The notes beneath the pieces are model-generated. The model was not told where the DNA came from. It saw only the letters and a program-made list of their open reading frames with translations, and searched no databases. From Cyanobacteria bacterium P01_D01_bin.156 (GTDB lineage: Bacteria > Cyanobacteriota > Cyanobacteriia > Phormidesmidales > Phormidesmidaceae), in the NCBI GenBank assembly GCA_039024555.1, contig JBCCQQ010000034.1, forward strand, positions 1-64,000: a stretch of 64,000 bases of DNA, given 5' to 3'. The translations under genes and the position numbers were made by a program. Of this stretch, positions 59,194 through 64,000 are shown in pieces (within the stretch, counting starts at the first letter, position 1; the number at the start of each line of letters is the position of its first letter).

Positions 59194-59366
59194 GGGCACG
59201 GCCCACCATCTGGCCGGTTAAGGCTAAATTTTGCATTCGATATATCGGTTTGATATCAATGTTATCCAAGCCCCCAAACCCCCAACCTTGGTGGCTTTGA
59301 ATCCGCAACAATGTGTTGGTCAAGAGGCGTTAAATGTCGAAGGGCAGGCACGAGACCTGCCCCTAC
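59190..59366. repeat. Inverted pair of GTAG-type REP sequences (REPIN-like)
   Basis: GTAGGGGCACGGCCC (its TAG is the Uma2 stop) ... GGGCAGGCACGAGACCTGCCCCTAC. Confidence 0.75.
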
Positions 59367-59379
59367 GGGAATGGTTGTT

Positions 59380-61389
59380 TTAGGGTTTGATGCCTTGGCG
59401 ATAATCTTCTAGGGGCATGGCAGCAAAGTGTTCTTGGAGGGTGCGGTGTAAAAAGCGAAAGCGACCACCGACACGCTGGAGCAGCAGACGCTCGGTGCAG
59501 TAGTTGAGAAAGTTGGCGTAGAGATAGGGGATTTTGCCGGAGCGGGAGAGGACGAAGCGGAGGGCATAGTGGCGCAGGTAGGCTTCACCACCGCCGTAGG
59601 CCCATGTGCTCCAACAAAGAATGGCAACTCCTGCTGCTGTAGTACGGGCAATTTGGTCACTGGTCAATAGGTTGGTGCTGAAAAGGACAGGGGGTAATGC
59701 GAACCAGAGTAAAAAAGCCGTGGGAACAGATATGGCTAACAAAAATAGGGTGTTTTTGCCGGAATTGAGAATGCCCTGGTTGGGCCGTACCTGGGTTTGA
59801 ATGTCGGCTTTAAAACCTTCGACTAGACCCCCAATCAGACCCAAAATCAGACCCCAAATCAGACCCCAAATCAGACCCCAAATCAGACCCACAATCAGAC
59901 CCAAAATCAGACCCCAAATCAGACCCACAATCAGACCCCAAATCAGACCCACAATCAATTTGTTAAAAAATATTTTTCTCGCGTCGCGAGAAAAATTAAT
60001 TTTCAAAACCTCAACAGTATCAATTGCACTCAGACCCCCAATCAGACCCCCAATCAGACCCACAATCAGACCCACAATCAGACCCCCAATCAGACCCCCA
60101 ATCAGACCCACAATCAGACCCCCAATCAGACCCCAAATCAGACCCCAAATCAGACGCATCTGCCACTTTTCACCACGGGTAGTCAACAAACTGGGCTGCA
60201 TCCGCTCAATCAAAAACTCATCCTGTCCCATATTCTGAGCTAGCCACACCAGCCAGCGGCGAGTTTGCTTTACCGTAGGTGCTTTTTCTGGTTTGTAGTA
60301 CTTACAATTTTTCGCTGTCAGCGACTCTGCCAGCCGAGAGATCACATAGGCATCCAACAGCAGCGTCAGCCTTTCCCGCTCTGTGTCTAACCGCGACCAC
60401 TTCTCTAGATCTAGTTCATTCCGCGCTAGGGTCAACACACTTAGCCACAGGGGCACCCGCACTAGATCCAAAACAGTCTTATCCCGGCTAACCACAGTCC
60501 ACAGTTCGGTTTTGCCAGTCTGTTGCAAATACCGTTCTATTTCTGGTTTCTCTAGCGGCTGCAAACAGATTGCCCCGTTTAGATTTAGTACCGTTTTATA
60601 GGTCTCATATTCCTGTATGCGGCTGCAGACGACGACTTTACCCACCCCCAGGTCCGACCCCAGCCAAGTGTTGATGGCCTGCACACAACCTTCCTGTCGC
60701 TGTGCCGCTAGCTCATCTAAACCATCCAGCAGGGGCAACAGCTTTTTTGCTTCCAGTAGCTCCTGGCCTTTTGCCTCTCGTACCTGATACTTTTCTCGCA
60801 GTTCCTTTACCAGCCACTGGGCGATAGTTTGTTTATCATCCTGCCAGCTGGATAGGTTAAACAGCACCGGTATAGGCTGGTTTACATCATGCTGAGCTTG
60901 CTCTACCAGATTGTTCGCCAGGGCCAGCATAGTGGTGGTTTTGCCTGCTCCTGGCTGTCCCAAAATCAGTAGCTTGCCTGCAATGTCTTTGCGGTCAAAA
61001 ACTTGACCAATAGTCTGACCAGAAGGGATAGGTTCAGGGGCTTGTTTACCCACTTTTACTTCCATAGACCAGGGGCAGCTGACTTGCTCTGGAGCCTGTT
61101 CTTTCCCAAGCTCAATAAACACCTGATTGTGGAGCGACTGTGCTTGCCGATAGTCAACTTCTTTGGCAACCTCGTTGAGCAAAGTTTGCTCTAAGCTAGG
61201 ACGTTTTTCGGTGGATGCTGCTTGAACAATGACCGTATGTCCTTGGCCATCTACCAGAACATTGTGGCTGCCAACATTTGCCTTGTTTTGATTGCCCTGG
61301 AGTGTGTGAGCATGATCCCCCTGGGCAATGTTGGTGTCTTGCACAGAGGAATCTTGGATTTCGAATTCATGCTCGGGGGGATTGGGCAT
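59380..61389 (-). CDS. NACHT (STAND) NTPase with C-terminal Gly/Leu-repeat transmembrane region
   Basis: Walker A GQPGAGKTT, Walker B LLDGLDE, VVCSR..EY, P.WL; GLIx repeats; GG.FRFLH..LQEHFA. Confidence 0.92.
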   Translation of the reverse strand: MPNPPEHEFEIQDSSVQDTNIAQGDHAHTLQGNQNKANVGSHNVLVDGQGHTVIVQAASTEKRPSLEQTLLNEVAKEVDYRQAQSLHNQVFIELGKEQAPEQVSCPWSMEVKVGKQAPEPIPSGQTIGQVFDRKDIAGKLLILGQPGAGKTTTMLALANNLVEQAQHDVNQPIPVLFNLSSWQDDKQTIAQWLVKELREKYQVREAKGQELLEAKKLLPLLDGLDELAAQRQEGCVQAINTWLGSDLGVGKVVVCSRIQEYETYKTVLNLNGAICLQPLEKPEIERYLQQTGKTELWTVVSRDKTVLDLVRVPLWLSVLTLARNELDLEKWSRLDTERERLTLLLDAYVISRLAESLTAKNCKYYKPEKAPTVKQTRRWLVWLAQNMGQDEFLIERMQPSLLTTRGEKWQMRLIWGLIWGLIGGLIVGLIGGLIGGLIVGLIVGLIGGLIGGLSAIDTVEVLKINFSRDARKIFFNKLIVGLIWGLIVGLIWGLILGLIVGLIWGLIWGLIWGLILGLIGGLVEGFKADIQTQVRPNQGILNSGKNTLFLLAISVPTAFLLWFALPPVLFSTNLLTSDQIARTTAAGVAILCWSTWAYGGGEAYLRHYALRFVLSRSGKIPYLYANFLNYCTERLLLQRVGGRFRFLHRTLQEHFAAMPLEDYRQGIKP
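59826..60153. repeat. Two blocks of 12-bp coding tandem repeats (about 11 and about 10 units)
   Basis: AATCAGACCC(NN) units at ~59826-59957 and ~60031-60153 encoding GLIW/GLIV/GLIG/GLIL. Confidence 0.95.
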
Positions 61390-61405
61390 GGGGGATGGGA
61401 TTTGT

Positions 61406-61470
61406 TGGGTTTCGCAGGGTGTGGGTGTGGGATTTAAAGATTAGGGTTTGGGTGGCTCAACCCAACCTAC
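61406..61470. repeat. REP-like remnant
   Basis: GTTGGGTTTCG ... CTCAACCCAACCTAC (reverse complement starts GTAGGTTGGGTTGAG). Confidence 0.55.
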
Positions 61471-61500
61471 AGTTTGGGCTATCGAATTTCATGATGGGAA

Positions 61501-61917
61501 TTAAAACAATGCGGCCACACCTAGCCAGGTGCCAATTTTTAGGGCAATGGGTAGAACCGTTTGCCACAATCCTTTAGCCGCATCTACAGTTTTACTCGCT
61601 TCCGTGATGGTTTCACCCATGCTTTGCAGGTTGGTTTTAATGGCATCCTTTTTCGGTTCATCCTTAGCGGCTGACTTTTTTGCAGCCTTGGCATAGGTGG
61701 CAGCTTCGTCTTTGAGCTCCTCTGGTAACTCTGCCTGGGCAATTAGGGTTTCGATCTGGCCGAGCAGGTCTACCACCTCAGTTTGAGTAATAGGTTCAGC
61801 CCCAGCTGCCTGATTTACCTGGTTGTTATTACCTTGAACTGTTTGATTATGGTCTCCCTGGACAATGTTTACACCGGAAACAGTGCTACCGGAAATGGAA
61901 AAGCCTGGTTCTGCCAT
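61501..61917 (-). CDS. Small protein: N-terminal Q/N/G-rich motif + helical domain with hydrophobic C-terminus
   Basis: ATG 61917 preferred. MAEPGFSISGSTVSGVNIVQGDHNQTVQGNNNQVNQ ... GLWQTVLPIALKIGTWLGVAALF. Confidence 0.8.
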   Translation of the reverse strand: MAEPGFSISGSTVSGVNIVQGDHNQTVQGNNNQVNQAAGAEPITQTEVVDLLGQIETLIAQAELPEELKDEAATYAKAAKKSAAKDEPKKDAIKTNLQSMGETITEASKTVDAAKGLWQTVLPIALKIGTWLGVAALF

Positions 61918-61989
61918 GATTTGTGCTGATAAGGACAGCCATAGTATAGCCAAGGGATCTGCTAAAAAATAATAGTTAACCTGAGTTCC

Positions 61990-62450
61990 ATGTCTGACAT
62001 TGTTATTAAGCTAGAGCGTCATCGGGTGGAAGACCTGTTTGCGCCCTACGAATAGATGATTGGTAAAGACTTTCCAGGCTATCGCAACCACGTTTATCGC
62101 ACCATAACCTACGCCATGCATTTTCTGGGTGACGCCACTGCCCATGAACAGCTTGTAGAGACAGCCTTTGTGCATCACGACATTGGTCTTTGGTCAGATC
62201 ATGGGTTGGCATATCTAGAACCATCCGAGGTGTTGGCCCTGGCTGACAATAAAAAATGTGGGTGGGGACTGGACCCAGATGTACTGCGTGGGAAATTCAC
62301 TAGTACCACAAAATATCTCCCTACAAAGGCCCACACCAGGAGGTAATTGAAGCTTGCCGTAAGCCAGACTGGATCGATGCAACCAAGGGGTAACTGCAAA
62401 AGGGTATTAGCAAAGATGAGATCGCAAGGGTAAATGCGGCTATACTACCC
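61990..62450 (+). pseudogene. Disrupted HD-like phosphohydrolase gene
   Basis: MSDIVIKLERHRVEDLFAPYE*MIGKDFPGYRNHVYR...HHDIGLW; frameshift near 62293, then IH*YHKISPYKGPH...ACRKPDWIDATKG*. Confidence 0.75.
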
Positions 62451-62567
62451 GGCCAGAACTGGCCTATGCCCGCATGTTAACGGAGGATAAGCATAACGGT
62501 TGTAGTCTATTAGCAACAATTGGTATAGCCTACTTCTGTTTTTTTTGCAGCGCTAGAGGCTGCCAGA

Positions 62568-63437
62568 TTATAAAAATGAAAGAACAGTTTTAGCTACATC
62601 CTGGCCATATTCTTCAGCCATGCCTAGGGTGCCGGGTAAAGCTACTGACTGAACCTGGGGGAGTGCAGCCACAGCTTCCATTTCTGCCTTTGAGGAAGGA
62701 GGAGCCTGTTCTCCAACAATTACCATAACTGGCATAGTAAGGGACTGAAAATAAGCCAGAAACTCTTCTCGGGTAGAAACCGGATCGAGACCGCCAGTGA
62801 CAAAGGCAGCGGGGGCATAGCGGGCACCGGATTTCTGAGTACCTTGGTAACGCTGGTCAATATAGTCCGGTGTTAGCTGAGTTTCATCCACAAATACGTG
62901 GCGGCGATACATCCACTTGAGAAAACCAGGGCGGGTATTGAGCCAGTAGAGGAAGGAACCAACGACGGGAAATCGCACCAATTCCCTAACGCTACTGCGC
63001 ATCGTTTCAGGAGCGCCCATTACGGCTAGGGGGCCTTTCCAGGTGGGGGCAACTAGGGCAATTTTTGACCAGGCATCTGCCATGGCCAGGACATAGCCTG
63101 CGGCATGACCGGCAGCAATGACCGGAATCGGCTGAGAAAATTGGGCGGCAACAAAGTCTCTTAAAAATTGTTGATAGAGCGATGGCTGATACGCTAATCG
63201 TAGGCGGTCAGAATCTCCAAATCCTGGCCAGTCGAGAACAGTAACTTGATAGTGGGATGCTAGTTGGCTGGCTAATGTGGTGAGTTCGGCTCGACTAGAA
63301 ACGGTGCTAAAGGCGGGTAGTAACAGTATGGGCTGACCAGTACCCAAGGTTTCATAGGTGACCGTGATGGGCTGGCCTTGCCACTGCCAGGAATAGGTGG
63401 CGATAGAACCATTGAGCTGAGTTGCGATCGCTATCAT
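62568..63437 (-). CDS. Alpha/beta-fold hydrolase family protein
   Basis: LLLPAFSTVS, LDWPGFGDS. The elbow AAGHAAG lacks the canonical Ser. Confidence 0.85.
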   Translation of the reverse strand: MIAIATQLNGSIATYSWQWQGQPITVTYETLGTGQPILLLPAFSTVSSRAELTTLASQLASHYQVTVLDWPGFGDSDRLRLAYQPSLYQQFLRDFVAAQFSQPIPVIAAGHAAGYVLAMADAWSKIALVAPTWKGPLAVMGAPETMRSSVRELVRFPVVGSFLYWLNTRPGFLKWMYRRHVFVDETQLTPDYIDQRYQGTQKSGARYAPAAFVTGGLDPVSTREEFLAYFQSLTMPVMVIVGEQAPPSSKAEMEAVAALPQVQSVALPGTLGMAEEYGQDVAKTVLSFL

Positions 63438-63546
63438 ATAAATCTTTACCCACTATCACGCGACTGATAAATATTACCTTATGCCTAAAGTGCGATCGCG
63501 ACAACAAAACTACATCAAACCAAGCCTATAGCAACAACTCGTAGCA

Positions 63547-64000
63547 TTACCTGTCAGCATTGTCACTGCCTCCCACTATCGCTAGCCCAATACCTCCCAA
63601 AATCAGTAACGACGAGAAACTTAATCGCAGGGTCAATGTCTCCTGTAAGAATAAAATTCCACCTATGGAGGCAATCACAGGCACCGCCAGCTGTACTGTC
63701 GCCGCCCTGGTTGCCGTTAGCCCTTGCAAGGCTGCGTACCAAATGGCATAGCCCACACCAGAGGCTAATGCCCCCGATAGCAAGGCTAAAATCACGCCCG
63801 TTTGGGTCAAGTGTACCTGTGACAGACTTACCAAACTTACCCCAACAGCGAGGGGAACTGTCCGTACAAAGTTGGCTGTGGTGTAAGCTACCGGATTTTT
63901 GTTACCACGCCCCAACAATGAATATAGTCCCCAAGCAATGCCAGCCATAACCATCAGGGTAGACCCTACGATGGGTGGAGCCGCCAGCCCAGGGGAAACC
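63547..64000 (-). CDS. DMT/EamA-family transporter (5' part outside the window)
   Basis: AWGLYSLLGR, SGALASGVGYAIWY, AATVQLAVPVIA; the frame stays open to the window edge. Confidence 0.88.
   Translation of the reverse strand, partial: VSPGLAAPPIVGSTLMVMAGIAWGLYSLLGRGNKNPVAYTTANFVRTVPLAVGVSLVSLSQVHLTQTGVILALLSGALASGVGYAIWYAALQGLTATRAATVQLAVPVIASIGGILFLQETLTLRLSFSSLLILGGIGLAIVGGSDNADR

Larger units (their letters stand above)
4948..63499. repeat. HIP1 octamer GCGATCGC, dispersed (over 20 copies seen by eye)
   Basis: For example ~4948, 5608, 13676, 18922, 25579, 31161, 42988, 53145, 63424. None noticed in the 5.9-10.1 kb cassette array. Confidence 0.85.

Noticed and set aside
59801..60238. RPxI-repeat ORF on the + strand, or a possible CRISPR-like array
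   Set aside because: It is the antisense shadow of the NACHT GLIx repeats. The units are contiguous 12-mers with no unique spacers, and no cas genes are present.
1..64000. rRNA, tRNA, CRISPR array, integron integrase, reverse transcriptase/DGR
   Set aside because: None recognised by eye. The many short ORFs nested antisense within long genes were treated as shadows.

Overview
This is cyanobacterial chromosomal DNA: the HIP1 octamer GCGATCGC recurs throughout, and Uma2 genes and cyanobacteria-type repeats are present. A Leptolyngbya-like filamentous host is a guess. Five zones. (1) 0.2-1.7 kb: an RHH regulator plus three paralogues of an unknown family. (2) 1.7-20.4 kb: an N-heterocycle/ureide salvage island (Rieske oxygenase, SnoaL-like protein, cyanuric-acid hydrolase AtzD, two M20 carbamoylases, HyuA/HyuB, GGT-family enzyme). 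It is interrupted at ~5.9-10.1 kb by an integrase-less attC cassette array (PIN toxin-antitoxin, SEC-C protein, membrane protein, GNAT). (3) 20.8-23.9 kb: a Ser/Thr-kinase/amino-acid-binding fusion and an ARMT1-like phosphatase. (4) 23.9-46.8 kb: a ~23-kb minus-strand NRPS cluster I cannot match to a known pathway. It has a lysine-cyclodeaminase-like enzyme, a stand-alone A/ACP/acyl-CoA-dehydrogenase starter, C-A-T-E, a methyltransferase, an adenylation domain split over two genes with a glycosyltransferase and a sulfotransferase translationally coupled in the gap, an A-less C-T-TE, and a second GT and sulfotransferase. (5) 46.8-64 kb: mostly core genes (gatB, GH15/phosphorylase-kinase-like, dacB), candidate sRNAs, mobile-element remnants, and a NACHT gene whose N-terminal Q/N/G-rich motif is shared with the adjacent small gene (candidate amyloid-coupled NLR-effector pair). 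All calls come from reading motifs by eye; no searches were run.
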